This document shows positions 24,057 to 33,677 of a stretch of DNA of 64,000 nt, in pieces. The translations under genes and the position numbers were made by a program. The stretch is from positions 32,001-96,000 of IMG/VR virus record IMGVR_UViG_3300045580_000473; one strand, written 5' to 3'. The stretch's first letter is position 1. Every line of letters begins with the position of its first letter. This DNA is from a virus (Duplodnaviria > Caudoviricetes). Under the pieces are notes generated by a model. That model ran no database searches, was not told where the DNA came from, and saw only the letters and a list, made by a program, of their open reading frames with translations.

Positions 24057-25433
24057 TTAATCAACCTGTCCTAGGGGATCGAAATCAGACGGGATGATGC
24101 TGTCGCCGGTCATGCTGGAGGCTGCCATAAGCTCCGGCACGTCGGTGATCGACTGCTTCTTCAGTTCTTCCATAACCTGCTTGCGATACTGCTTAGCCGG
24201 GTCGCACACGGCGTACTCGTTGACGCCAAGGAGGCCGTGGAGCACGCCGAGAACCTTCTTGTTGTTTTCGAGCATGATCGAGGCTTCCACTTCGGAGACG
24301 GCGTCCGACTTCGAGATGCCGAGAGCCGAAGAATATACAAGCGGTGTTTCCGCATTCTTGGTCCCGTGCTTGTATTCGAGGTCACAGACCTGTCGAACGA
24401 GAGCAGGGAGCTTAGGGTCAATTCCGGGGGCTGGCTTCTTGTCGGCTGCCTGCAGGTCCATAAGTAAGCGAATAGTCGCCGTATGCCAGTCCCAGTAATG
24501 ATACTGCTGGTTTCGGTAGGTGTCATTGCCTTCTGCATCCTTGCTGGCCACGATGTCGTTGTACCACATGAGGTTCACGACGAGTTTACGGCCCGGGGCT
24601 CCAAGGTTATTCTTGGTTGCCACCAGCCGCACCGCCTGACCCTCTGCCCGACCTGCCGTCAGCGTGTTACGAGATACACGCTGCATGTCAATAATCAGTG
24701 TCGGGTAATAATCCAGACTGGCTCCACCCGGTGCATACTTCTTGGGCGGACCGAAGCCCATGCTGTTAATCTCCTCCTTGAGGTGATTCGTCGCAATCAG
24801 GGCGATCGGGTAATGTCGCAGCGTGGGCACGAGAGCCGTCCGCATAAAGTCCGACAGGTTTCGGGCAAGATACGGGTGGCCGGCTGCGGCATGTCCCTCG
24901 TCCGCGACCTTCTCGACACGGCGGTCAACTTCGACTGCCGAGATCGAGTCCACGCCAATGCAAATCGGCACCACACGGTCCGGGGCGTTAGCGGCGTCGA
25001 TCTGGGCATGAATGGCCTTGCAAAAGCCCATGTACTTGCCCTGCCACTCCTCCACGCTGGCCGCGGTGCACACCTTGGTCCGGGCGATGTGCTGCGGGTT
25101 ATGGCCGAGCATGCCGCGAAGCATCGTCTCGGAGCCCTTGTTCTCGGTGTCGATCATAATCGCACCGCCGCCATACACGTGAAACCACCGCATGATCTCC
25201 AGCAGCAACGCCGACTTGCCGGCACTGAACTCGCCGCGAAGCTGCGTGAACCGCGACAGCGGAAAGATGTTGGCCTGCAGGAGATACCGGGCTGCTAGAG
25301 TGGGCAGCGGCAAGCCGATAAGCGGGTCCTGATCTTCCGCGGATGCCTTTAGCACCTCCGTGATAACGGGGTGCTCGCCGTCTGGGCTAAACACATCAAT
25401 ATCTGCGTCCTGATTTTTCTTCTTCCTGCCCAT
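24057..25433 (-). CDS. RecA/UvsX-like recombinase
   Basis: Walker A GEFSAGKS, IDTE, Walker B IGVDSIS, IATNH, PGG.SLDYY, KNNLGAP. Confidence 0.85.
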   Translation of the reverse strand: MGRKKKNQDADIDVFSPDGEHPVITEVLKASAEDQDPLIGLPLPTLAARYLLQANIFPLSRFTQLRGEFSAGKSALLLEIMRWFHVYGGGAIMIDTENKGSETMLRGMLGHNPQHIARTKVCTAASVEEWQGKYMGFCKAIHAQIDAANAPDRVVPICIGVDSISAVEVDRRVEKVADEGHAAAGHPYLARNLSDFMRTALVPTLRHYPIALIATNHLKEEINSMGFGPPKKYAPGGASLDYYPTLIIDMQRVSRNTLTAGRAEGQAVRLVATKNNLGAPGRKLVVNLMWYNDIVASKDAEGNDTYRNQQYHYWDWHTATIRLLMDLQAADKKPAPGIDPKLPALVRQVCDLEYKHGTKNAETPLVYSSALGISKSDAVSEVEASIMLENNKKVLGVLHGLLGVNEYAVCDPAKQYRKQVMEELKKQSITDVPELMAASSMTGDSIIPSDFDPLGQVD

Positions 25434-25459
25434 AAAGGCTCCTATAGTAAAAATGTATT

Positions 25460-25545
25460 AAAAGACCCAGTCACCCCGGGGTACAGAGGCTGCACCGGAA
25501 CGGGGGACCGGCTGACGAGGCAGCGTGATCCCGGGGGCTGGGCAA
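25460..25545 (-). terminator. Long imperfect hairpin ending in a T-tract (terminator or structured RNA)
   Basis: Nested stems CCCAG/CTGGG, CCCCGGG/CCCGGGG, GCTGC/GCAGC, CCGG/CCGG, then TCTTTT. Confidence 0.6.
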
Positions 25546-25549
25546 AAGA

Positions 25550-26914
25550 CTACTTCTTGGCGAGCTTCGCCTTAGCGGCACGAGCCCGAGCCATGATGTC
25601 AGACGGGCTGATCGCGTCGCTATGGGCTGGCTGGGCCGCAGGAGCCGGGGCAGCCTCAGCAGGAGCCGAGAAGATGTCGGCAACGCCGGCAGCCTCTTCA
25701 GCCGTGATCTCGCCCTCTACCGGAGCGTCGCCCCACGGGGCACCGACCGGGTCAGCCGGTTTGGGCTTAGCCGGAGCGGTCGCCTTTTGCACCGGACGAG
25801 AGAACGCCTGCACGGCCTCGTCATTGTCGTCTTCAAGCTCGGTCTCGGTCACCGTGGCAGCCGGACGACGCGACAGAGCCCGCAGATACTGCGGATACTC
25901 ACGCCACGCGAACTCCAGAGCCTCGCGAGGAAACGCCGGAGCCAGAAGCTCCGCCTGCTCCTCGTAGGACAGCACGTTCAGAGCCTGATCCCACGAGACG
26001 GCCTCTTCGTTAATACGATCGGCCAGCGGTTCGAGGGAGATAGCCTGACCATTGAACTTGTCGTGCAGCACGGCGAAGTGCGTGAACGCACTGCGACGAT
26101 CCGGCGGCGGATAGCCGACGATGTACTGATCGCCGCCACGGGCATACTTCGGGCAGAAGAACGTCTCGGGGCCGTCGGCACCGATCGCCATCACCTTCTG
26201 CTCCTTGCTCTGGAACGACTCAGGCATAATCGTCAGCAGCTTGGCCGGTCCCATCGACAGCATGTCCCCAGAGAGGAATTCATGCGTGTCCGGGTCCTGC
26301 ACCTTCAGGGCAGAAAACAGCGACTGCAGGGCACTGAACTTGAGCCCGATGATACGGGCGTTCTTCTTCGGGTCGTCGAGGAAGCAACTCAGGGTAACCT
26401 GCCCGCGATCATCCACGCCCACGATCGACGCCGAAATAAACAGCATCTTCTCGGGCTTGGTGAGCGAGCCGATCGAGGAGTTCATCTGCTTCGGCTTGGT
26501 CAGCAGTTCACTGAACAGCCGGCCGATGCCCGGGGTCTCCTTGTTCTTCCACGCGACGTTGTACAACAGGTTGTACGGGTTCTCGCGGATATCAAGGTCG
26601 GGGTTGCCGTCGTGCACGATGAAGCACACGCCGGGATTACCTACCCAGTGGGCCACGGTCATCAGACGACACCAGTCGCCCATAGCCACGCCACCAGCAC
26701 CCTCACGGAACCGGACAAAGTCAGGCCCGCCTTCCTCACGCATCGGCATGAGGCGGAGGCAGAGGCCGTTCTGCATCAGTTCGTTGCCGGCCGCGATCAG
26801 AACATTCTTGCCGTAGGTGTAACGGCTGTTCTTCTTGGCACCGGAGTCAAGATTATGCTCCCGCCGGAACTCCGGGTCGATGGCGGCGAGATTCTGCGAA
26901 TTGTAACGAGGCAT
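25550..26914 (-). CDS. Putative ssDNA-binding / recombination mediator protein
   Basis: Lies between polymerase and RecA-like genes; own promoter; acidic, low-complexity C-terminal tail. Confidence 0.45.
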   Translation of the reverse strand: MPRYNSQNLAAIDPEFRREHNLDSGAKKNSRYTYGKNVLIAAGNELMQNGLCLRLMPMREEGGPDFVRFREGAGGVAMGDWCRLMTVAHWVGNPGVCFIVHDGNPDLDIRENPYNLLYNVAWKNKETPGIGRLFSELLTKPKQMNSSIGSLTKPEKMLFISASIVGVDDRGQVTLSCFLDDPKKNARIIGLKFSALQSLFSALKVQDPDTHEFLSGDMLSMGPAKLLTIMPESFQSKEQKVMAIGADGPETFFCPKYARGGDQYIVGYPPPDRRSAFTHFAVLHDKFNGQAISLEPLADRINEEAVSWDQALNVLSYEEQAELLAPAFPREALEFAWREYPQYLRALSRRPAATVTETELEDDNDEAVQAFSRPVQKATAPAKPKPADPVGAPWGDAPVEGEITAEEAAGVADIFSAPAEAAPAPAAQPAHSDAISPSDIMARARAAKAKLAKK

Positions 26915-27002
26915 AAATCGTACCTTTCTTATTTGTGTGAGGATTGGCTACCTCACGTTGTTGTTGAGTACTGGGAGTTGGTTCCCCAGCGTTGATGCTC
27001 AG

Positions 27003-27030
27003 AGTCTAGCACACGCTGCGGAAGAATCAA
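27003..27030 (-). promoter_or_regulatory. Sigma70-type promoter
   Basis: TTGATT-16 nt-TAGACT with extended TGn -10. Confidence 0.6.
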
Positions 27031-27035
27031 GCCCC

Positions 27036-30000
27036 TCAATCCTCGGCTAAAAAGTGCAATCCAAGAGCCTTGGCTTCGTCGCCCGACAAGGTCTCGCCCC
27101 AGTGGACGAAGACTTCTCGGGACGAGCCAAAGTGATACGGACCGGCGTCAATCAACGAGCCGTCTAACCGACGCGGATAAAACGGCACATCATCAATCAT
27201 GCATTTCGGCACAACTTCTTTGTACACACGTTCAGCGTGCTCAATCGGGACGAGCAGCACGATGGCGTCATGAATCTGCAGCCCGATCTTGTAGTCGATA
27301 TCGGGGTGCTCTTCGCGGTACTTGTAGAAGTTGTACAGGGCGATAGACACGGCATCTGCCACGCCACCTTGAATCGGGAAGTTCTGAGCCTGTCGCTCCT
27401 GTTCGCCGCGGATCGCCCTGTCGTTAGACGGGACGAACCGACGGAAGCGGCCATAAGGCCCGACAATAAAGCCGGGGTCCTGCGACCGTTCACGGCACTC
27501 GGCTAAGAATGATTTGGTGCGAGGATACGAAGCGAAGTAAGCCTCGATCATCGCCTGACATTCTTCGGCCGAGACCTCTACACCTTCTTCTTTGCATTGC
27601 CGAGCCAGAGCTTCAGCACCGCGGCCGTACGGGATACCGAAGTTCACGTTTTTGGCCGCGATTCGTAAGCCCTTCTTGCCGGCTTTCTCCAGCCCCTTCT
27701 TGGTGGGCTCGACGTCCGTGATATTAAACGTCTTAATCGCCTGCTGGCTGTGGATGTCGTAATGATCCGGGTGACTCTCTGGTAAGAGGTTTCGCCGGAT
27801 GTGTTCGATCATCGCCTTGTCTTGGCTCAACCACGCGAGGACCGCCAGTTCCGCACCAGTGAGGTCTGTTTCGATACCGACATGCCCCTCCGGTACACGT
27901 AAGATAGATCGGACGGGGTGCGTGTACTGATCTTGGAGGATTCTGGCGTAATCGTTTTCTCGTCTGGACGAGAGGTTCTGCAAAGGCGGGCGTGACGAAG
28001 AAGCCCGCCCTGTTTCCTTCGTTTGGAAAAAGTGCGTACGTACTCGACCGTCGGCGTGAACACAACCGACAATGCCCTTTTCATAAACGAAATTGTCGTT
28101 TTCATCCGTGGCAAAATCTCCCTCTTCCGTGACGTTGGGCTTGCGGAGCACGGACTGCAAAACCTGACTGATGAACTTGTAGTCTCTGATTTTTGCCGCA
28201 GTGCTATTAATATGCCCGAGAATGCCAAGACTTTCTTTGTCGGTGCTCGGGACGGCTGTGTCGGGGTTCACGCCCCGCCAGCTTAACTCATTCCAGAGTA
28301 CCGGCCGCTTACCCGTAGTCTTCACAGGCCGCAGGTTGAGCAGCATCGCCCCTTCTGGCACAGTTGGCGAGTTGGTGTACCGGCCCGAGAAGCGTGTCCC
28401 GAACAGAGCCACCGACAACTGCGGCTGGCTTTTGGGATTAAAATCCGGCCAGTTCAGTTCTTCACGAATCTCCGCCAGCAGACGGTCCTGCGTGTTCATG
28501 AACAGCGTCGTCAGTTCATCGGCCCGGGTGCGGTCAACCACGAGCCCGGTCAGTTCCATTTCCAGAAATGCCAGCGACGCATTGTGGGCTGTCCAGTACG
28601 GCAGCCAGCAATCAAGGCCACGCTGATCTTTAGCCAGCAGGCCGTCACGCCCATTGGTGCCGTAGAACCGCATCATGATCCGCCGGGTGACGTCAACGTC
28701 GTAATTGCCGTACGGGTGCAGGATGTAGGCAGGGCACTCCCCGTAGCCGCCCACCTCGCCGGCCTTGAGCTTGTTGTCAGCCCGGTGCCGCTTAATCCAC
28801 GCGTTCAGTTCGTCCCAATACGTGGGAGCGGCCGTGAACCGGAGTGAACAGGCGTCGAGACCGAAACGGGCACACTCGTTAACGGCGTGATACATGAGAC
28901 TTGTATCCCAACCGCCGCGGGTACGATCGTCGGGGTCGGCGGACGGAGCGTACTCCGGGCGTACATCCACCCCAAAATCAATAAGCCATGGCAAGTCAGC
29001 ACGGAAAAAGTGGCCGCCCACACGGACGTGCCGTTCGGGCGTGCTTTTAAGAAGCCGCGTGAGGTGCTTCTTTGCGGCTTCAAGATTCGGCTTGAACGCC
29101 TCTGCCCCTCCTTGGTGACGTAAAACAACGGTACGAGCCCACCTGTCTTTGTTGGAGATTTGGATCGTCCGTAAATACGCCTCGGGCTCGGTCGGGTAGT
29201 CCCCGTGCCACTCGCAGTCGATAGCGATTATGTTGGCATTAGGGTCCGGGTCCGCCAGCATTTCATCGACAACAGCCGCAAGAGCGTCTTCGGTGTAGAT
29301 GTCGGCGTGATCGACTTCTTCCTCAGCCTGCTCGCGGTTATTGATGAGGTCCTTGAAGCGGGCCATCTGGCCGCTGAAGTCCTCGTACATCTCGGGCTTA
29401 CGGGCTACGTAGGCCGGATGCATGATGGACATGACCTTGACGTCACGCTCGTTGCCCTCGGCGTCATACACCTTGAGCGTCGTGGAGCGGCCGGCCAAAT
29501 CAGACACGCTCTTGGTAGTGTTGAGCACGGCCTTGGTGGCCTCGTTGCCCAGACACAGGATGTAGTCGGGCTGCACGAGCCTGATTTCCTGCTGCAAGAG
29601 CACGGCACAGTTTTTAATCCACGCCGCGGGGACAGCAGGAGTATCAGGCGTCGGCGTGCCGAACTTGCACGCAAACGTGACGTACCACTCCATGTACTCT
29701 TCGCGGTCGATGTCGTTGTCCCGCAGGGCCCGGAAGAACGGAATCATGCCCTGCCCCACAACGGCACTCTGCTCGCTGATTTCCTTGGGGCCGGGAATCT
29801 TGCCGACAACCATGATGCGAGCCCGCTTAGGCCCAAAGACAGGGTTATCGCCCTCGCCGTACTTCATCACGTGCCCGGGCAAGAAATACACGATCTCCGG
29901 GCCATGCTTGAGCAAAATCGGCATGCTGAACGTCGGGTCATACAACGCCCGCCGATACAGATGCTCAAGCTTCTCACCAACCGGTATAGTCTTTTTCTTC

Positions 30001-30185
30001 ACAGCAGTCGCTAACTCGGCGTCGTCGCCAAGGTCGATTGCGTGAGCAATAAAGTCGGCTCCCGCGGGGGGCATGCCGACAGCATCTAGCGGAACCATCG
30101 GGTAGAGGTCCGCGGTTAACTCTGCACCAGAGTTGTCATAGATTACTTGGGCATGCCTGTGCAGCAGGGATACCGAAGACGACAT
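27036..30185 (-). CDS. Family A DNA polymerase with N-terminal uracil-DNA-glycosylase-like domain and 3'-5' exonuclease (SPO1-type architecture)
   Basis: UDG-like ARIMVVGKIPG..QPDYILCLG..HPAY; exo IDCE, YDVDVT; TGRASS..LQN, motif A DLTGAEL, motif B KNVNFGIPYG, motif C QIHDAI. Confidence 0.93.
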   Translation of the reverse strand: MSSSVSLLHRHAQVIYDNSGAELTADLYPMVPLDAVGMPPAGADFIAHAIDLGDDAELATAVKKKTIPVGEKLEHLYRRALYDPTFSMPILLKHGPEIVYFLPGHVMKYGEGDNPVFGPKRARIMVVGKIPGPKEISEQSAVVGQGMIPFFRALRDNDIDREEYMEWYVTFACKFGTPTPDTPAVPAAWIKNCAVLLQQEIRLVQPDYILCLGNEATKAVLNTTKSVSDLAGRSTTLKVYDAEGNERDVKVMSIMHPAYVARKPEMYEDFSGQMARFKDLINNREQAEEEVDHADIYTEDALAAVVDEMLADPDPNANIIAIDCEWHGDYPTEPEAYLRTIQISNKDRWARTVVLRHQGGAEAFKPNLEAAKKHLTRLLKSTPERHVRVGGHFFRADLPWLIDFGVDVRPEYAPSADPDDRTRGGWDTSLMYHAVNECARFGLDACSLRFTAAPTYWDELNAWIKRHRADNKLKAGEVGGYGECPAYILHPYGNYDVDVTRRIMMRFYGTNGRDGLLAKDQRGLDCWLPYWTAHNASLAFLEMELTGLVVDRTRADELTTLFMNTQDRLLAEIREELNWPDFNPKSQPQLSVALFGTRFSGRYTNSPTVPEGAMLLNLRPVKTTGKRPVLWNELSWRGVNPDTAVPSTDKESLGILGHINSTAAKIRDYKFISQVLQSVLRKPNVTEEGDFATDENDNFVYEKGIVGCVHADGRVRTHFFQTKETGRASSSRPPLQNLSSRRENDYARILQDQYTHPVRSILRVPEGHVGIETDLTGAELAVLAWLSQDKAMIEHIRRNLLPESHPDHYDIHSQQAIKTFNITDVEPTKKGLEKAGKKGLRIAAKNVNFGIPYGRGAEALARQCKEEGVEVSAEECQAMIEAYFASYPRTKSFLAECRERSQDPGFIVGPYGRFRRFVPSNDRAIRGEQERQAQNFPIQGGVADAVSIALYNFYKYREEHPDIDYKIGLQIHDAIVLLVPIEHAERVYKEVVPKCMIDDVPFYPRRLDGSLIDAGPYHFGSSREVFVHWGETLSGDEAKALGLHFLAED

Positions 30186-30188
30186 GGT

Positions 30189-31262
30189 TCACCGTAAAAA
30201 TGATAGATCAGCCGTCACGCCAACAGCGGCGGCGGCTTCCGACAAGATGTCGAACAGGTCGGCCCGAGAGTAGTCCGCGGGATCGCGGGCGTCGGGCAGA
30301 ATCACAGGCACTACCTTGAGGTTATGCTGGCAGAGTTGCATAACGACCTGTTCCAACTCCTTTTGGGCGTCGCAGTCTAGCATGACGAACACAGGCTTTC
30401 CAGCCCACGTTGTCGCGATTGTGTTTTCCTGCCAATGCGACAACGTCTTGCCGAACAAGCACACCCCAGCTTTCCCAATTCGCCAGACACTCGGGGCACC
30501 TTCGACAAGCACAACCAGTTCTTCTTTCGCCGCGACGTCGTAGTTGTACAACGCACGGCTTTTATGGCCCTGCGTGTAGTACTTGATTTCGCCCTTATTC
30601 GCCTCCCGGGGAAGCCGACCCTGCCACGTCATCAATTTGTTGTTGAAATACGCCGGAATAAATATCCGACCATTCATGATGCGATAACGGGGCACAGCGT
30701 CTACGCAGACGCCAACACGAAAAACTTCCGAAAGCTCCCGCACATCAAATCCACGACCAGTCAAATACTCAATCGCGGGATGGTGATCGGGAAGTGTTTC
30801 CAGCGGCAAGATCGTACCGGGAAAGTCCAGCGTCTCATTCAAGTCTGGAAGCACGCCCTGTCGAATCACCACATTGCGGCGAATCGGCGTTCCCGGGCCG
30901 AAAATCAGGTCCTCAAGCTGCGACGCCCGACCCTCAACTTCAAGGCAATGGTTGCGATAGCAGTGGGCGAGATACGTGTCGTTTCGCCTACCGGTTTTCG
31001 GATTACAGGTCGCCCCGTAAAGATGATTAATCCAGAGCTTGAAGTTTGTCTCTCGGCAGAACGGGCAACAAACGCAGTAATATTCGCCCCAGCAGTGCGA
31101 CCGTGTCACAATCTTGCCGGTGCGGGGGTCTTCAAAACGCTGAATGCGAGCAGACGTGCCGGCATTTGCAATTCTGACTTCCCCGAATTTGTGCTCCAGC
31201 AAAGCATAGAGCGTCGGGTTCAACGGATTGACACTCGGCCCCAATGGCTGAGTCATCGTCAT
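30189..31262 (-). CDS. DnaG-like primase
   Basis: CPFC zinc finger, RIFIP, WQGR, TOPRIM VLVEG and MLDCDA, DPAD. Confidence 0.85.
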   Translation of the reverse strand: MTMTQPLGPSVNPLNPTLYALLEHKFGEVRIANAGTSARIQRFEDPRTGKIVTRSHCWGEYYCVCCPFCRETNFKLWINHLYGATCNPKTGRRNDTYLAHCYRNHCLEVEGRASQLEDLIFGPGTPIRRNVVIRQGVLPDLNETLDFPGTILPLETLPDHHPAIEYLTGRGFDVRELSEVFRVGVCVDAVPRYRIMNGRIFIPAYFNNKLMTWQGRLPREANKGEIKYYTQGHKSRALYNYDVAAKEELVVLVEGAPSVWRIGKAGVCLFGKTLSHWQENTIATTWAGKPVFVMLDCDAQKELEQVVMQLCQHNLKVVPVILPDARDPADYSRADLFDILSEAAAAVGVTADLSFLR

Positions 31263-31270
31263 AAATACTC

Positions 31271-32977
31271 CTATGACAGCAGGTCCTGACCAAACGTATC
31301 AACCGCCGGCATGACGCGGCGGCGGGGACCAGCGGCGGACGGGGCAACCACAGCATTGTTATGCGACGTGGGCCCCATTTCGCCCTTGAGCATGATCTTC
31401 TTGGCCAACTCATTGATGTAGTACGTGTCGTCGACAGACTGCACGTCTACCACATGGTTATTAATCTGCACCAGCCCGAACGGCGAAGCCGGCCGGCCGA
31501 AGCGAATCTTGGACCAGTAGATTGTCGACACGAAACATTCTGGGTCGGGCTTGTTCAAGCACATGCAGGCGTGCAGGTTCTCGGCAAACGCCTTGGACCC
31601 TTGAGCATCAGCGTGACTCACATGTCGATAGGACGGAATACTCTTGATATCGCCCTGTGCCAACTGATGGGCGATGATAATCGTGCATCCCAGCGGAATC
31701 GCCACCTTGGTTTTAAGCTCGTCAGGCAGATTCTGGAGTTGCCGCCAAATTTGCTCCTGATACTTCGCGGCGGCATTCTGAGCCATTTCACGGTTAACCA
31801 TCGGGCCGGCGTAATCGAGGCACACCAGACCGATTTTCTTGCCCGTCTGCTCGGTCAGGTTGGTGAGCGTCATAGCCACTTCGTCTACGCCGCCGTTTCC
31901 TCGCCCGCCCGTTTCAGGGTTAGCCGAAAAATCGAGAAACGCGAAGTTGTTGTTGTACCACGCCTGCACCGCCGCCCAGCGTTCACGCTCGCCCAGCATC
32001 ACCTCCGCATTAGCATTGATAGCCAACTCCCGCTCATACGGTTTGAGGTTGTCAGACGTTGAAAGCTGCTCCCAAAACTGTTCTTTCGTTTTGTTGATAA
32101 AAGCTTCACGTTCAATGTGGGCTGCAGCCGAATAAAGGCTGTAGTTCACCTTTAGTGCACCGTCCTCATAGCTGATGTAGACGGCCAAGGTGTCAGGATT
32201 GTGAATCGCGTATTGTTGGGCCATACGGACGGCAATCACGCTGAGCATGGTCGTCTTGCCGCCGGAGTACGGGCCCAGAACACCGATCAGGTCACCCGGC
32301 CGGAATCCGCCGATATAGTTGTCAATCCACGCGATCCCTGTCGGCACCGGGCTTGGTGGCAGCAAAATGTCGTCGCCATGGTCGGGCATCAAAGCGGAGT
32401 TCACCGCCTCGTTACCCAAATGCCGAACGGCCTGAGCCCGTGTGTTGAACTGCTGCAGCAACGCAGAGAACTCCCGGGGTGAAGTGTTCTCGTCGCTGTA
32501 GCCCACCAGCCGCTGCAGTTCCTGTTTCACCATTCTGGCGTTTAAGAACCGCTTCAGGATGCTTTCCAGATACTGTCGCTCTGCCCGCAGTTCCTCTTTG
32601 GTCAGCGGCTGAGCCGGTATGGCAAACGCATCGTCAATAAACCCCGTCGTCTCATCGCCGAACAGGAATGATGAATCAGCCTCGTTCATGCTGATCAGGT
32701 TTCGCTCGGCCATCGACATGATCTCGGTCAAGAACATGTCCTTCGTGACCACACCGTCGTGACGTTTATGAAGCATAATGTGAATGTCCATAAACGTCCG
32801 CAACGGCGATTCGTTCCGCCCGTAGAGATGCTCCGGGGATAGGCCCGTTCGCAGAGCGGATTTCAGCACGTTCGAAAACCGAACTAACCCCCGCACCATC
32901 GACTTGATCTCATTGAACGTCAGCGGGGCGTCGTCCAACGGGCGAGTGTCGTCGCCAAAGGTCTGTACACTAGCCAC
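31271..32977 (-). CDS. DnaB-like (SF4) replicative helicase
   Basis: PTGIAWID..GG..GDL, GPYSGGKTT, YISYE, CLDYA, AHQL, KIRFG. Confidence 0.85.
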   Translation of the reverse strand: MASVQTFGDDTRPLDDAPLTFNEIKSMVRGLVRFSNVLKSALRTGLSPEHLYGRNESPLRTFMDIHIMLHKRHDGVVTKDMFLTEIMSMAERNLISMNEADSSFLFGDETTGFIDDAFAIPAQPLTKEELRAERQYLESILKRFLNARMVKQELQRLVGYSDENTSPREFSALLQQFNTRAQAVRHLGNEAVNSALMPDHGDDILLPPSPVPTGIAWIDNYIGGFRPGDLIGVLGPYSGGKTTMLSVIAVRMAQQYAIHNPDTLAVYISYEDGALKVNYSLYSAAAHIEREAFINKTKEQFWEQLSTSDNLKPYERELAINANAEVMLGERERWAAVQAWYNNNFAFLDFSANPETGGRGNGGVDEVAMTLTNLTEQTGKKIGLVCLDYAGPMVNREMAQNAAAKYQEQIWRQLQNLPDELKTKVAIPLGCTIIIAHQLAQGDIKSIPSYRHVSHADAQGSKAFAENLHACMCLNKPDPECFVSTIYWSKIRFGRPASPFGLVQINNHVVDVQSVDDTYYINELAKKIMLKGEMGPTSHNNAVVAPSAAGPRRRVMPAVDTFGQDLLS

Positions 32978-33677
32978 GATATTCCCTCCAATGCTGCCGC
33001 AGCCAAATCACAACTCTTTTAAGCTCGTCGGTAAGCAGCCACTCGAAGTTTTCGTGACTCGCTATAAATCCATCGTACATCGGCTGCTCGATCTCGTAAT
33101 CAACGGCAGCTTGTACAGCAAACCGTTTCACGGCTCGCCGGCACCTCATTTCAGACGAGAACGCGTGCCGCAAAAACGGCGTGGCGTTTACGTGGGTCGT
33201 ATCACAGGCGACTAAAAGAAATCGGTCGTCAGCGTCTATTCCCAACGGAGCCAAAATCTTGAACCGGGTGTCGAGCGACGATTCTGCCGACAGAAACCTC
33301 GCCATAAACCGGTCGTCGAAGTTTGCCGCGTAATCGTTGTATATTTCAATTGAGTGATTGTTGTTTAAAAGTTCGGGGCGGGTGGCAATAAGCCCCTTGC
33401 CCTGAGCGATCCGAGAGGCGGTGATCGACGGAGAGAAATGAGCCGCCACCCACATGCCGGGATTTGCGTTGCAAAAACGGATGCGGTCAGCAATGAGCTT
33501 CCAGATGCTTTTATGCCGGACGCCCTTGTTGTCTTTCCCGCCGTCCCAATGGATTCGTGGCCGCGTCTGAGCGTCAGCCTCCCAGTCCTTCACCCCCTCC
33601 CGCATGTAAATAAACAGGTAGCGGATGTAGGCTTCTAACTGAGCCGGCTCTAGGTGCTGATACCAATCATGGCTCAA
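32970..33677 (-). CDS. Hypothetical replication-cluster protein
   Basis: Likely TTG start at 33677 after GGAGG; the longer ORF overlaps the helicase gene. Confidence 0.65.
   Translation of the reverse strand: MSHDWYQHLEPAQLEAYIRYLFIYMREGVKDWEADAQTRPRIHWDGGKDNKGVRHKSIWKLIADRIRFCNANPGMWVAAHFSPSITASRIAQGKGLIATRPELLNNNHSIEIYNDYAANFDDRFMARFLSAESSLDTRFKILAPLGIDADDRFLLVACDTTHVNATPFLRHAFSSEMRCRRAVKRFAVQAAVDYEIEQPMYDGFIASHENFEWLLTDELKRVVIWLRQHWREYRG

Noticed and set aside
25622-26995. 457 aa plus-strand ORF and other long antisense ORFs
   Set aside because: They overlap well-supported minus-strand genes in GC-rich DNA and have no recognisable motifs.
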